Assembly (NCBI GenBank): GCA_963665115.1
Contig: OY762007.1
Coordinates: 8,352,001-8,416,000, forward strand
DNA: 64,000 nucleotides
Source: an uncultured Rivularia sp.
GTDB lineage: Bacteria > Cyanobacteriota > Cyanobacteriia > Cyanobacteriales > Nostocaceae
Reading direction: 5' to 3'
Shown: positions 33,064 to 43,706 of the stretch, one piece after another
Numbering within the stretch: position 1 is the first letter of the stretch
How the letters are laid out: each line of letters begins with the position of its first letter
The notes under the pieces: model-generated
Seen by the model: the letters and a program-made list of their open reading frames with translations, nothing else
Told to the model about the DNA's origin: nothing
Databases searched by the model: none
Made by a program: the position numbers and the translations under genes

Positions 33064-33339
33064 TTAGTTACTTGAACATTGCCATCTAAAATATTGTATA
33101 TCTGCCCAAGCTTGGTTTTGATGAAACATTTGGGCTATCTTAGACCATGTTGTTTTTGAAACTTTAGTAAGATCGTATTTTTGTAAATCGCCAAACTTAC
33201 AAAACATTTTATAAGCCCAAGTTGGCTCATATCCCATGAATCTTGCTATAGCTGTCCAGTCTGCTAATGAAAATAATGTTATGTCAATTTCCGATTTATT
33301 TTGCAGGTCTTTGGAACTGATAGTCTTAGCTAATAACAT
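33064..33339 (-). CDS. Hypothetical 91-aa protein with two W-x-x-IA...W-A repeats
   Basis: AGGA RBS upstream of ATG; internal duplication. Confidence 0.6.
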   Translation of the reverse strand: MLLAKTISSKDLQNKSEIDITLFSLADWTAIARFMGYEPTWAYKMFCKFGDLQKYDLTKVSKTTWSKIAQMFHQNQAWADIQYFRWQCSSN

Positions 33340-33808
33340 GGCATTCCTATTTAAAAAAAGTTTTCAGCAAACAACCAAAACTATGCAGTAGCTGGATTAT
33401 TTGGTTGTCATAAGTAAAATCCACCTCGGTTTTCACACATTTATTTTGAAATGTCAAGTAATTCTAAATGCAATTTTAGAATAATATTATTTTTCAGATG
33501 AAATTAATCGCTTAATTTTCTACAAATATATGTTTCTATGCCTATAAACAATGAATTAGGACGCTACTAAAAGCAAACTAGCCTTTACTAGCTATTTAAG
33601 GCTATTTTATCTCTAAATATCGTTTTTAATTTGGATAGGTAAGTGGTATATTCTTAAGCCGATTCAAAAATATTTTATTAATATTGCTTCTTTTTACTGC
33701 TCTATATTTTCTCAAAAATATTTTTTTAGTCTCTTGGTGTTTAATTGTGGGAATTTTCTGGGAATAATCAACATGATGTTGCTGCCCAGAGTATGGTTAA
33801 TCAAAAAA

Positions 33809-35027
33809 ATGAGAGCATTATTCCCTCAACAAAAGAAAATTAATTCTCGATTATGCCTTGTATTTGGCAGCGTTATATGCTTATTATTAGTCTTAACTCC
33901 AGTATTTTCAGTGTATGGTCAAGGAAGCTCCAAACAAACCGTTGACCAACTCAAGCAGGAACGAAAGCAAATCAAGCAACAGCATCAAGATGTAGTTAAA
34001 GAAAAAAAACGTTTAAATAATTTGCAGCAAGAAGCTGAAAAACGTCTTGGTGGTTTAGAAGAAAATCTGCAAACTACCAATAGTCAGATTGAAGATAGTG
34101 AAACTCGTTTGCAAGTTGCAACTCAACGACTCCAACAGTTGCAAGCAGATTTAGCTTCCTCGCAAGTATTCTACGCTCAACGTCAAGCGTCAACTGTTGC
34201 CAGACTCAAGTATTTGCAACGTTCCCCAGTCAGTCAAGGATGGGCTGTTTTACTGCAAAGCCGCAATTTAAATGACTTTCTTAGTCGCCGTCGTAACTTA
34301 AAGTTAGTTTATCAAGCCGATCGAGAAGTTTTAGCAAAGTTGACCGAAGAAGCTAGCCTGATAAAACAGCAAAAAACCGATATAGAAAGGAAAAAGAACG
34401 AAATATCCTTGATTAGGCAGCAATTATTAGCGCAAAAAGCCGATTATCAAGGTCAAGCGGAACTACAAACCGATTTAGTACAGCGTTTAAATAGCGATCG
34501 CGTTGCCTTAGATGCAGCAAGAATCCAGTTAGAAAGAGACTCATTATCTGTAAGGAACTTAATTCAACAGAAAGTAGCTGAAGAAGAAGCCAGAATTGCA
34601 GCAGCCAAAGCCCGCAGCCAAGCAAGAAACTTCGTCCGTGGAAGCGGTATCATGGCATTTCCCAGCAGTGGTTATATTAGCAGCCCTTACGGTTGGCGAT
34701 CGCACCCAGTTCTAGGTCGCCGTCGCTTACATACTGGTATGGATTTTGCAGCCGGTTACGGTAGTACAATACGCGCCGCAGATTCCGGAACCGTTCTATA
34801 TTCAGGATGGTACGGCGGTTACGGCAAAACAGTAATCATCAATCATGGCAAAGGAATCACCACACTTTACGGACATAGCAGTAAATTATACGTAAATGCC
34901 GGAGAAAGCGTTAAACGCGGGCAAGCTATATCAGCAATAGGTTCAACTGGATTATCAACAGGGGCCACACCTACATTTTGAAGTCCGCAAAAACGGTATT
35001 CCAGTAAACCCCGCAAATTATCTTTAA
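33809..35027 (+). CDS. Coiled-coil M23 metallopeptidase (EnvC/MepM-like); frameshift at 34961-34964
   Basis: Signal peptide, long coiled coil, HTGMD, TLYGH; removing one G restores TGLSTGPHLHFEVRKNGIPVNPANYL* ending at 35027. Confidence 0.92.
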
Positions 35028-35078
35028 CAGTTAGGAATGGGCATTGGGAATGGGGCATTGGGCATGGAATTACTAAGG

Positions 35079-35792
35079 TTAAAGGTTTAAATTCTCCTTG
35101 TCCCCTTGTCCCCTTGTCTCCCCATCTCCTCCCTCTACTCCCTCTCCCGTTGTCTCCTGATTACCCAGCGGAATAAAAAACTTCATTTTAGGAATTTGAC
35201 TTAAACTTTCATCACCACCCGATTGATTATTGGTAATCAGATTCAAAAATTTAGTTTGCGGTGAAACTTTGCCGATAAAAACAAACTCTCCTTTCAAAGT
35301 TGTACCGGGTAAAATTTCGACATCGGGATTAGTTGCTGGTGCAGCCAAATTATATTTTTTCCCTAAGTCATCTACAAGCACCATTCCTTTACCGTTATTA
35401 TTGAATTCAACAGTATTTTTAGAACCGTTAGTCGCAGACATTTCGACTTTGGTACTGTCTTCAGTAAAAGAAATTTGTGTCAGTCTTCCTACAGTACCGT
35501 TGGGATGAGTTGCTTGAACATTCAATGTTTTCCCTATTGGAACCGCGTTAACTTGACTCGATTCTGTAACCGAAATATTACCTGTAGCTGAAGACTTGCT
35601 TTCAGAAGCATTCTCAACAGTTTCCGGTAATTTATCGGCAACTGTTTGATTGATTTGTTCGCTGAGTATCTGCTGTGCTTGCTTGTTACTTAAGAAAAAC
35701 CAAACACTAGCACCAGTTATCAGCACGAGAGTAAATATCACCCCTAGTAGAAAACCACCACAGCCATTTTTTTTCAAATTCTTCTCAGACAT
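35079..35792 (-). CDS. Membrane-anchored hypothetical protein, paralog of 35934..36569
   Basis: One N-terminal TM, beta-rich domain HPNGT..LVDDLG..YNL..GTT.KGE..NLITNNQ. Confidence 0.8.
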   Translation of the reverse strand: MSEKNLKKNGCGGFLLGVIFTLVLITGASVWFFLSNKQAQQILSEQINQTVADKLPETVENASESKSSATGNISVTESSQVNAVPIGKTLNVQATHPNGTVGRLTQISFTEDSTKVEMSATNGSKNTVEFNNNGKGMVLVDDLGKKYNLAAPATNPDVEILPGTTLKGEFVFIGKVSPQTKFLNLITNNQSGGDESLSQIPKMKFFIPLGNQETTGEGVEGGDGETRGQGDKENLNL

Positions 35793-35933
35793 AGCAAAGT
35801 ACTTTTATTTATGTATGAATTTAAAATAACTTTTTCTGCGTATTATCTACAGCTTTTATTGTGACAATTTGATAAATTAAAATTAGTATTTTTGAGAAAA
35901 TTAGCAAGTATGGGAAGTAGAAAGCTAAAATGT

Positions 35934-36569
35934 TTACATTGGCTGCTTCTGACTGTTCGTCGATTGCTGTTCAATCGGAATATAAAACTCCATCTTCGGA
36001 CGACGAGTTAAGGCTCGATCGCTACCTATTTGATTATTGGTAATTAAAGTTAGATTATTTGCTTTTGTAGTAACTCCACCTTGAAAAATTAGCTCTCCTT
36101 TAAAGGTTGTACCGGTTTTAATCTGAAGATAAGGATTATCAAAGGGTGGTTTCAAATTGTATTTATTACCTAAATCATCTACAAGTACAATTCCTTTACC
36201 AGAATAATTCAGATAGACATTATGCCTAAAACCATTTGTTACGGCTATTTGTACAACAGTATTTTCTGCATTGAAAGAAATATCACTTAATCTTCCTATA
36301 GTACCGTTGGGATGCTCTGCCCTAATATTTAATGTTTTTTTTGTTAATAGCGTGCCTGTGTTTTGTGTCTCATTGAAGCTATTTTCAGGATCAACATTTA
36401 TATTTTCGCCGATTACTCGTTGCACTTGTTTGTTATTAAACATCAGCAACGTACCAATACAGACTATCAGCAAAACCGCAGATATGATTCCTAGAACAAA
36501 ACCAATGTTGTTATCATCAGTGCTAGAAGCATCCTTAATTAATTTGTGTTTTAAATTATCTCGATTCAT
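35934..36569 (-). CDS. Membrane-anchored hypothetical protein, paralog of 35079..35792
   Basis: Same motifs as neighbour. Confidence 0.8.
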   Translation of the reverse strand: MNRDNLKHKLIKDASSTDDNNIGFVLGIISAVLLIVCIGTLLMFNNKQVQRVIGENINVDPENSFNETQNTGTLLTKKTLNIRAEHPNGTIGRLSDISFNAENTVVQIAVTNGFRHNVYLNYSGKGIVLVDDLGNKYNLKPPFDNPYLQIKTGTTFKGELIFQGGVTTKANNLTLITNNQIGSDRALTRRPKMEFYIPIEQQSTNSQKQPM

Positions 36570-36808
36570 ACCATAGTGATTTTAACGCTGCATAACTATA
36601 AAGTAAGTCTTTTGAGTATTTTCCTCGGTTTGCAAGGTCACTATTAGAAACTTTTTTAAAACAAATTACTGAAGTGAATAGTATGCATCGCTTCCTTAAT
36701 GAATCAAGTGCGTCTAACAGCGATTAATCTGACTTTAGTAGCCAGGAAAAGAAATAAACGCTATACTGTTTATTAATATGTAGGCAAAATTTTGTCTGAT
36801 ATTTGTTA

Positions 36809-36881
36809 GGGCGCGTAGTTCAGTGGATAGAACATCAGATTCCGGTTCTGACGGTCGGGGGTTCGAATCCCTCCGCGCTCA
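36809..36881 (+). tRNA. tRNA-Arg(CCG)
   Basis: Acceptor GGGCGCG/CGCGCTC, D-arm, anticodon arm TCAGA-TTCCGGT-TCTGA, T-loop GGTTCGAATCC; no encoded CCA. Confidence 0.96.
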
Positions 36882-37027
36882 TTTTTTAGCTTGAAAATAG
36901 GGAACAGAGAACAAAGAAATTTTACCAAATCGAGCGTAAAGCACCGCCGTTTAAAGGTGGTGACTTAAGTGAGTCAGTAAGTAAAAATTGCTTTCTGTTC
37001 CCTGTTCCCTATTTCCCGTCTGAAATA

Positions 37028-37786
37028 CTAATCAGCAATAAAATCGCTATGACCAGTATAAATATAGTCAACGTCACGCGAACCAATTTTGTTTTCTAAC
37101 TCCACAGCATAATGAGATTCTTCTTTTGCAATCAATACTGCTTTGTAATCTCCTGGCTGTATTACCTCCAATCGACTTGGATCTATATTTGAAGATTGAT
37201 CGGAAGAAGGTTTGAGGTAAGTAGTATAACCAACCTTTAAAATACCAGATATCGTTGTTACTTCTTCTTTACCAACCAAACCATCGACAATTGCTGTAGC
37301 CATTTTTTCAGCATTGAACAATTTCATATCTTTGTCCGAACTGATAAAGCAGCATTCAATTAAAATTGCTGGCATTGAAGTCAGTTCTAATACTCGAAAT
37401 CTAGCTTTTTTAACACCTCGGTTCAAAAAACCCAAAGATGCAATATTACTAAGTACACCCACAGCTAAAGGTCTAGCAGCACTACGTATATCGTACACGT
37501 AAACTTCACTACCATTAGCTCTTGAACTGCTAAAAGAATTAAAGTGAATAGAAATAAAATAATCAGTACCAAATTGATTAGCTTTTCTGGCTCTTTGCAT
37601 CAAAGAATCATCGGTACTATAAGCAGATTGTGGCGTAACAGAAACAGCTTTATGTCCTCTCAGATTCAGCTTACTAATAACTAATTCCCCTACTAACTTA
37701 GTTAAAGCATCTTCACTGTACTGATTAGTAGCAGCGCCAGTATCGTATGGAGGACAATTGTGACCAATATCGATAGCAAAGAACAT
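37028..37786 (-). CDS. N-acetylmuramoyl-L-alanine amidase (Amidase_3)
   Basis: IDIGHN, E, FISIHFN, PAILIECCF zinc ligands. Confidence 0.93.
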   Translation of the reverse strand: MFFAIDIGHNCPPYDTGAATNQYSEDALTKLVGELVISKLNLRGHKAVSVTPQSAYSTDDSLMQRARKANQFGTDYFISIHFNSFSSSRANGSEVYVYDIRSAARPLAVGVLSNIASLGFLNRGVKKARFRVLELTSMPAILIECCFISSDKDMKLFNAEKMATAIVDGLVGKEEVTTISGILKVGYTTYLKPSSDQSSNIDPSRLEVIQPGDYKAVLIAKEESHYAVELENKIGSRDVDYIYTGHSDFIAD

Positions 37787-38117
37787 TCGTGTATCTCCTT
37801 GTATTTTCTACTACAACCCGAGACACCCTTTAAATATTTAAATATGCGGAACAATTGAGTAAAAAACTCAATTAATCTTATTCATAACGAAATAAATACA
37901 TTTGGTGAAAATGTATCTAAGTTGAATTATTGATAATCGCAAAAAAGCTGATATATCTAACTAATATTGTAAAAATTATTTCTTGATAATTAAATAAAAA
38001 AAATGTAGTTTGATTAAAAATAAAAAAAATTATATCTAAAGTTGTACTAGAAAACAGCGAACAATTAATTATCTTGTCCCCTTGTCTCCTTGTCCCCTTG
38101 TCTCACCCTACGGGTTG

Positions 38118-38205
38118 CGCCACTTGCTACAAGTTGGGGAACCCCGAAGTTTCTTTAAGCGGGGGAACCCCGCCAACGAACTTCTCTCCGCCCAACGCAG
38201 TGGCT
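38118..38205. repeat. Nested small dispersed repeats with GGGGAACCCC cores
   Basis: GCCACT..AGTGGC outer arms interrupted by a second GAAGTT..GGGGAACCCC..AACTTC unit. Confidence 0.7.
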
Positions 38206-38221
38206 TACCATCACCCCATCC

Positions 38222-39205
38222 CTACCTCACAGCAGGATGGAGAATAATTAAATGAAACTCAAGTCTAGTTTCCAATTTGAGAAATCGTTGCTGTAAAGAT
38301 TGCCATTGCTGCCATAAGTCGTAACGATTTTTCGTAAGTAATGTTGCTAGAGTAGGAAGCTCTTTGCTAATTTTTGATGACAACACATCTTGCAGCCATT
38401 CATTTAAAACAGCGCTATCCTGCATGGAACCCAAAATTTCTTGGATATTTCTAACTTGTGCAAGATAATTCGCATATCCTTCACCATATAAATTGGTAAA
38501 TAATTCCATCTGATAGCGCAGTCTTTTTGCTTGCTTGCGTAAATCGTGCAAATTTTCTGCTTGTGTTAGTAATTGCTTATCCACTTTCTTTTCATCAAAG
38601 TCGGTAGAAATAACAACTTTATTTCCCTGTACTTCTGTTCCAACTAACCAACCCGGATGTAGTAAAAAACTACTCACTTCTGGTAAAAGTAAATCTGGTA
38701 ACGCTTGCTGAATTGTCAAATTTGCTAATGGTTGATAGCTTGGCTCTTCCAACCATTCTTTTAAACCTGTTTTTAAAGATTTATAACGCTCAGTTTTAAA
38801 TAATGCTTTGACATCGGCTGCTGCATCTAGACGTTGTTTTTCTAAAGTGTCAATAATGTTATTTAAAACCGATCTTTCTTTTTTGGGTAACTGTGGTTTA
38901 TATGCCGTTTCTAAAGTTTCTTTTAATACATCTAAATCTCTTAACGAACCAAGACAACCGGCAATTTTTTTAATGTTTTTATCGTTCGCCGAACTAGGAA
39001 AATTAACAATGGAATTGAGATTAGTTACGGTAGTACGCAAACGACGCATACCAACGCGCATTTGATGTAGAGCCTCGGCATCTTTGTCATTTTTGACGGA
39101 TTTTTCCCATTTCCATGTTTTTTTGAAGTGTTTTTCAATTGCACTGTAAGTGTAGTCTCTGAAAGTTTTTACTGTAGGTTTTGTAGCTAATGTCATAGCA
39201 ATCAA
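38222..39205 (-). CDS. CHAD domain (polyphosphate-binding) protein
   Basis: LHQMRVGMRRLR, LGSLRDLDV, LHDLRKQAKRLRY, LGSMQD. Confidence 0.92.
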   Translation of the reverse strand: MIAMTLATKPTVKTFRDYTYSAIEKHFKKTWKWEKSVKNDKDAEALHQMRVGMRRLRTTVTNLNSIVNFPSSANDKNIKKIAGCLGSLRDLDVLKETLETAYKPQLPKKERSVLNNIIDTLEKQRLDAAADVKALFKTERYKSLKTGLKEWLEEPSYQPLANLTIQQALPDLLLPEVSSFLLHPGWLVGTEVQGNKVVISTDFDEKKVDKQLLTQAENLHDLRKQAKRLRYQMELFTNLYGEGYANYLAQVRNIQEILGSMQDSAVLNEWLQDVLSSKISKELPTLATLLTKNRYDLWQQWQSLQQRFLKLETRLEFHLIILHPAVR

Positions 39206-39491
39206 ATTATAGGAATAATATTTTACTTCTTGTAAGCATTATCGAATACTATCATCGCTACCAAGCATATGTATCAAACTTGATATTTTTTTATATTAAT
39301 CTGTTATTGATTTAGTTGAATATTTTTAATCCAATCTCTGTCTTCAGAAAGATTACCGATGTTTTATTTGATTAGATTCTTATCTTAAGATATATTTTAG
39401 TACTATTGTTATTCATAGGTATTAAATTACAAGTATTATTAAAAGTTAAAAATATCACTAAATGCTTTTTAGGATAAAGCTAGTATAAAAA

Positions 39492-40599
39492 ATGCATCAG
39501 CCTTCTTTAATAAGTAAAGTTTTACTCAGCTTTGCAGATAATTTTGCGGAGCATCATCATGACCTTTCAGCATTATTGCTAACCCCGGATAAGCATTTGT
39601 GGCTGGGTTCCGATGAAGCTTCTACAATTGAACGCCTTTCGTTTATTGATAATGAAAACTTTGGAGAACACAAACAGTTTCGGGTAGCAGAATTTTTTGA
39701 TTTACCAGCACCCGAAGACGAAGAAATTGATATTGAAGGGTTAGCATACAGCGATTATTACTTATGGCTAATAGGTTCTCATAGTTACAAACGCAAAAAA
39801 CCTAAACCTGATAAATCGGATGCACAAAACATCAAGAGGTTGACGAAAGTAAAATCAGAAGCAAATCGTTATATTATCGGACGCATCCCTTTGGTAGATG
39901 GTGAATTAATTCGCGAATGTCCCCATCCCGAAAATCCTAACGTGCAGTTAAGTGCCGGAAAATTACAGGTAACACCCCAAGGAAACCTGTTGATGGAAGC
40001 TTTGGCAAACGATCCGCATTTAGGCTTTTTTGTAACAGCAGAAATACCAGGTAAAGATAATGGTTTTGATTTTGAAGGCATAGAAATTTGCCAAAACAGG
40101 ATTTTTCTAGGTTTACGCGGCCCCTGTGTTGCGTGGTTGGGCGATAATTTTAGAAATAGAGTTGCAATCAAACTTACCAGGATTGCTCGATCTAAAATAT
40201 CTCGGAGTAAGCGGCGAGAAATACAAAAAGCATTTTATTTATTTAAATGGTTTGGGAATTCGGGATTTATGCTGGGATAATCAAGATTTGTTGATTTTAG
40301 CTGGCCCCACAATGGATTTAGATGGCCCCGTAACAATTTATCGTTTACAAAACGGGCTCAATTTAGAGGAGAATGTGCTTAATTATCCCCAAGCAGTACT
40401 TGATATTCCTTACGGTAAAGGTAACGACCATGCAGAAGGAATTACCTTATTTGAAGGGATTACAGGAGGGCGTTCAAAGCGACAGCTTTGCGGGCGATCG
40501 CTCTTGGTAGTTCACGATTCACCCGCAGAAAATAGACTACAGGGTCAAGCTAGTATAATTGCGGATGTTTTCCAATTAACAGTGAACAGTGAACAGTGA
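39492..40599 (+). CDS. DUF3616-like beta-propeller protein; frameshift at 40121-40124
   Basis: EIDIEGL, GSHS, FEG, GLGIRDL, LAGPT, HAEG; removing one C restores LGLRGPVLRGWA. Confidence 0.85.
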
Positions 40600-40633
40600 A
40601 CAGTGAACAATTTATTCCACTAATAATTAATAA

Positions 40634-40824
40634 CTAGTACCATACGGCTTAAATAGCGCACCCCTAATTTAAATGCTCAGAAGTCGGGTTTTTATAAAAT
40701 TTGTAAGTGTATTACAGATACATATTCTAAAAACCCGACTTCTCAACCGGAGCGTCGCGTGTCTTCTTGCGATCCTTAAGTCCGGTTATTATATGGGTAC
40801 CTAACTTACGCCCGTCTGTACTAG
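40634..40824. repeat. MITE-like element with CTAGTAC..CGG termini and inner GAAGTCGGGTTTT/AAAACCCGACTTC inverted repeat
   Basis: Terminal CTAGTAC/GTACTAG; related element at 52809-52926. Confidence 0.7.
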
Positions 40825-40872
40825 CAACAACTAACAACTAACCACTAACCACTAACAACTAACAACTACTTT

Positions 40873-41277
40873 TCACAAGTTGGTAGAAATTGCATTCACC
40901 GGACAAGTAGGAATACACTGCTCGCAAACAATACAGCGAGAACGAGTAAACGTTAACTTAAAACTTTGGGGATTAAGAGTAAGCGCTTGTGTAGGACAAA
41001 CCCCAGTACACAAGCCGCAGTGAACGCAAGCTTCTTCATCGATAACAATTTCTCCCAAACTGAGCGAAACAGTAATATTTTGTTCGCGCATCCACTGTAT
41101 AGCTGCATCTAACTGATCGATATCTCCAGACAATTCCACAACAAGCTTACCAATTTGATTGGGAGCAACTTGAGCGCGGATAATATTAGCCGCAACATTA
41201 AAATCCTTTGCCAGTCGATAAGTAACTGGCATTTGAACCGTGCGTTTGGGAAAGGTGATGGTAACTCGCTTTTTCAT
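40873..41277 (-). CDS. NIL-domain 2[4Fe-4S] ferredoxin
   Basis: NIIRA NIL motif; CVHCGLCTGVCP and CIVCEQCIPTCP. Confidence 0.93.
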   Translation of the reverse strand: MKKRVTITFPKRTVQMPVTYRLAKDFNVAANIIRAQVAPNQIGKLVVELSGDIDQLDAAIQWMREQNITVSLSLGEIVIDEEACVHCGLCTGVCPTQALTLNPQSFKLTFTRSRCIVCEQCIPTCPVNAISTNL

Positions 41278-41499
41278 TTTTATTAGTTGCTAGTTGCTAG
41301 TTGTTAGTTGTTAGTTGTTAGAAGTCTTTTTTACCCGCTCTCCCCCCTCTCCCTATCTCCCCATCCCCCCATCCCCAATGCCCCATCCCCCATGCCCAAT
41401 TCCCATCCAATGTTTTTATTTTCGTAACGGTTCTAATAAATGGAAGTAGAGGGTTAAACTTATATGAAATGACTTGTTAAGATTTTATAAACCTTTGTT

Positions 41500-42087
41500 A
41501 TGAATACGGATTCGCCCTTGAAATCCCAGGAAAAACCAGAATCGACGTTTGGAATACGTCTGCGAAATTTTTTGATTGTGACGGTAGCTGCTGTTCTTTC
41601 AGTAGCCTTATTTTTGGGACTACGAAGCGAAACAAGTTCGGTTTCCTTAGCTGACTTGGATCAAAATTCCACACCTTTGGAATTTGCTTTGAGTAATGGA
41701 AAACCATCTTTAATAGAATTTTACGCTAATTGGTGTACTGTCTGTCAGAAGATGGCACCCGACATTGCGACACTGGAAACAGAATACGCCGACAAAGTAA
41801 ATTTCGTAATGCTGAATGTGGATAATAGTAAGTGGCTACCAGAAATGCTGCAATATCGCGTGGATGGGATTCCGCATTTTGTGTTTTTAGATAAAAGTGC
41901 CCAAGCCCAAGCTGAAACTATCGGCGATCAACCCCGTACAATCATGGGAAGTAACCTAGAAGCCTTGATTGCAGGTTCGACTTTACCTTATGCTCAAGCT
42001 AACGGTAGAGTTTCGCAATTTTCATCAACCACTTCAACTGGTAGTAATGATGACCCACGCAGTCACGGCAGCCAGGTGGTGGATTAA
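41500..42087 (+). CDS. txlA: Membrane-anchored thioredoxin-like thiol:disulfide interchange protein (TxlA/HCF164-like)
   Basis: TM helix, EFYANWCTVC, VDGIPHF, DPRSHG tail. Confidence 0.85.
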   Translation: MNTDSPLKSQEKPESTFGIRLRNFLIVTVAAVLSVALFLGLRSETSSVSLADLDQNSTPLEFALSNGKPSLIEFYANWCTVCQKMAPDIATLETEYADKVNFVMLNVDNSKWLPEMLQYRVDGIPHFVFLDKSAQAQAETIGDQPRTIMGSNLEALIAGSTLPYAQANGRVSQFSSTTSTGSNDDPRSHGSQVVD

Positions 42088-42247
42088 TATGCTTATCACG
42101 GCTTATAGACTGGCTCATAGTTTTCTTGCAAGCATATCTTGCTTGCGTGGGTTTAAGATAGGTGAGGTTGTATTAGCTACAACATCGCTTGTAGTATTTC
42201 GTTCAAAACACAATTAACCTCAACTATTCTTCCCATAGCTGGGAAAT

Positions 42248-43312
42248 ATGATGTTACAGCTTATTTTCGTTGTTATTTTTGTTATTTCAGGTTCAGCCCT
42301 CTGTTCTGGAATCGAAGCGGCTTTATTTTCGGTTTCGACGCTGAAAGTTAGACAGTTAGCGCAGTCAAAGAATCCATCAGCAGTAGCACTATTGGCGATT
42401 CGCGAAAACATGAATCGACCGATCGCCACTATTGTAGTTATCAATAATATTTTCAATATCGTCGGTAGTATTGTTACGGGGAGTATTGCTAGAAAAGTAC
42501 TCGGAGAAACTTGGTTAGGCGTATTTTCGGGAGTATTGACATTTCTGATTATCATTGGTGCAGAAATTATTCCAAAAACCGTCGGCGAACGTTACGCAGA
42601 GACAATTTCCTTACTAATAGCTCTTCCTCTTGCTGGATTAACTTTAATATTTACACCTTTAGTGTGGGTGCTAGAAAATATTACAGCACCTTTTACTAGA
42701 GGTAAAAAGCAACCAACAACTAATAAAGCAGAAATCATGTTGTTGTCCGATATTGCTCATCAGGAAGGAATAATCGAACGCGACGAAGCCCAGATGATTC
42801 AGCGGGTGTTTCAGTTAAATGAACTCACAGCAGCAGATTTAATGACACCCCGCACCATCCTCACATATTTACGTGGTAACTTGACTCTTGCTGAAGCTAA
42901 AACAGATATTATTAGTTCGCAGCATACAAGAATAATTGTTATTAATGAGACGATTGATGAAGTAATTGGTGTTGCTTTAAAGCAAAATTTACTTACAGCA
43001 ATGGTAGAAGGAAGGAAAACTCAAAAAATCGGCACATTGACGCGAAAAGTTGGATTTGTACCCGAAACGATTCGCGCTGACAGATTAATGAGAAATTTCC
43101 TAGAAGCACGCGAACACTTAGCCGTAGTAGTAGATGAATACGGTAACGTTTCGGGTGTAATTACCTTAGAAGACGTATTAGAAGTAATAACTGGTGAAAT
43201 TGTTGACGAAACCGATAAAACAATCGACTTGCAGGCGATCGCCCGCAAAAAGCGAGAAAGAATGTTGCAGTCGATGCGCTTTGTTTATCGCTCCATAGAG
43301 AATAAACGGTAA
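42248..43312 (+). CDS. CNNM/DUF21 + CBS domain protein (HlyC/CorC family)
   Basis: SGIEAALFS, EIIPKT, MTPR, VVDEYG..ITLEDVLE. Confidence 0.93.
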   Translation: MMLQLIFVVIFVISGSALCSGIEAALFSVSTLKVRQLAQSKNPSAVALLAIRENMNRPIATIVVINNIFNIVGSIVTGSIARKVLGETWLGVFSGVLTFLIIIGAEIIPKTVGERYAETISLLIALPLAGLTLIFTPLVWVLENITAPFTRGKKQPTTNKAEIMLLSDIAHQEGIIERDEAQMIQRVFQLNELTAADLMTPRTILTYLRGNLTLAEAKTDIISSQHTRIIVINETIDEVIGVALKQNLLTAMVEGRKTQKIGTLTRKVGFVPETIRADRLMRNFLEAREHLAVVVDEYGNVSGVITLEDVLEVITGEIVDETDKTIDLQAIARKKRERMLQSMRFVYRSIENKR

Positions 43313-43358
43313 TTATTTAGGAGTTGGTAATTGGGCATGGGGCATGGGGCATGGGGCA

Positions 43359-43421
43359 TTGGTAATTGGTAATTGGTAATTGGTAATTGGTAATTGGTAA
43401 TTGGTAATTGGTAATTGGTAA
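43359..43421. repeat. STRR heptamer array (TTGGTAA)x9
   Basis: Directly visible between convergent genes. Confidence 0.92.
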
Positions 43422-43450
43422 TTATTATTTATTCTTCCCCATCTCCCCAT

Positions 43451-43681
43451 CTATTCCCCGTTTCCCTGTTCCTTTATCATTTGCATATAAGCTTTTGGAT
43501 ATATCAACAGGAAAAAACCCATCCAAGTTAATAGAGGGATGGAAACTAGAATAGTTAACCAAATCTTGTGAAATAATAACCAGCTTGCAGTAATTAGCGT
43601 TGTACCCGTGAGTAATATAGACCAAGGTTGACACCACCAAGGTTTATATTGCCATACGCTGATAGGTTTTTGGGGAGTCAT
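43451..43681 (-). CDS. Small conserved cyanobacterial membrane protein (DUF6737-like)
   Basis: WQYKPWWCQPWSILLTG motif and two TM segments. Confidence 0.8.
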   Translation of the reverse strand: MTPQKPISVWQYKPWWCQPWSILLTGTTLITASWLLFHKIWLTILVSIPLLTWMGFFLLIYPKAYMQMIKEQGNGE

Positions 43682-43706
43682 GGGTTTAATTTATTTATAC
43701 TTGTAT

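Noticed and set aside
34961..34981. M23 peptidase as a naturally inactive EnvC-like protein lacking HxH
   Set aside because: PHLHFEV is present in the shifted frame; loss is due to one extra G
36809..36881. tRNA as integration site of a genomic island
   Set aside because: No integrase and no duplicated tRNA 3' end seen in the window
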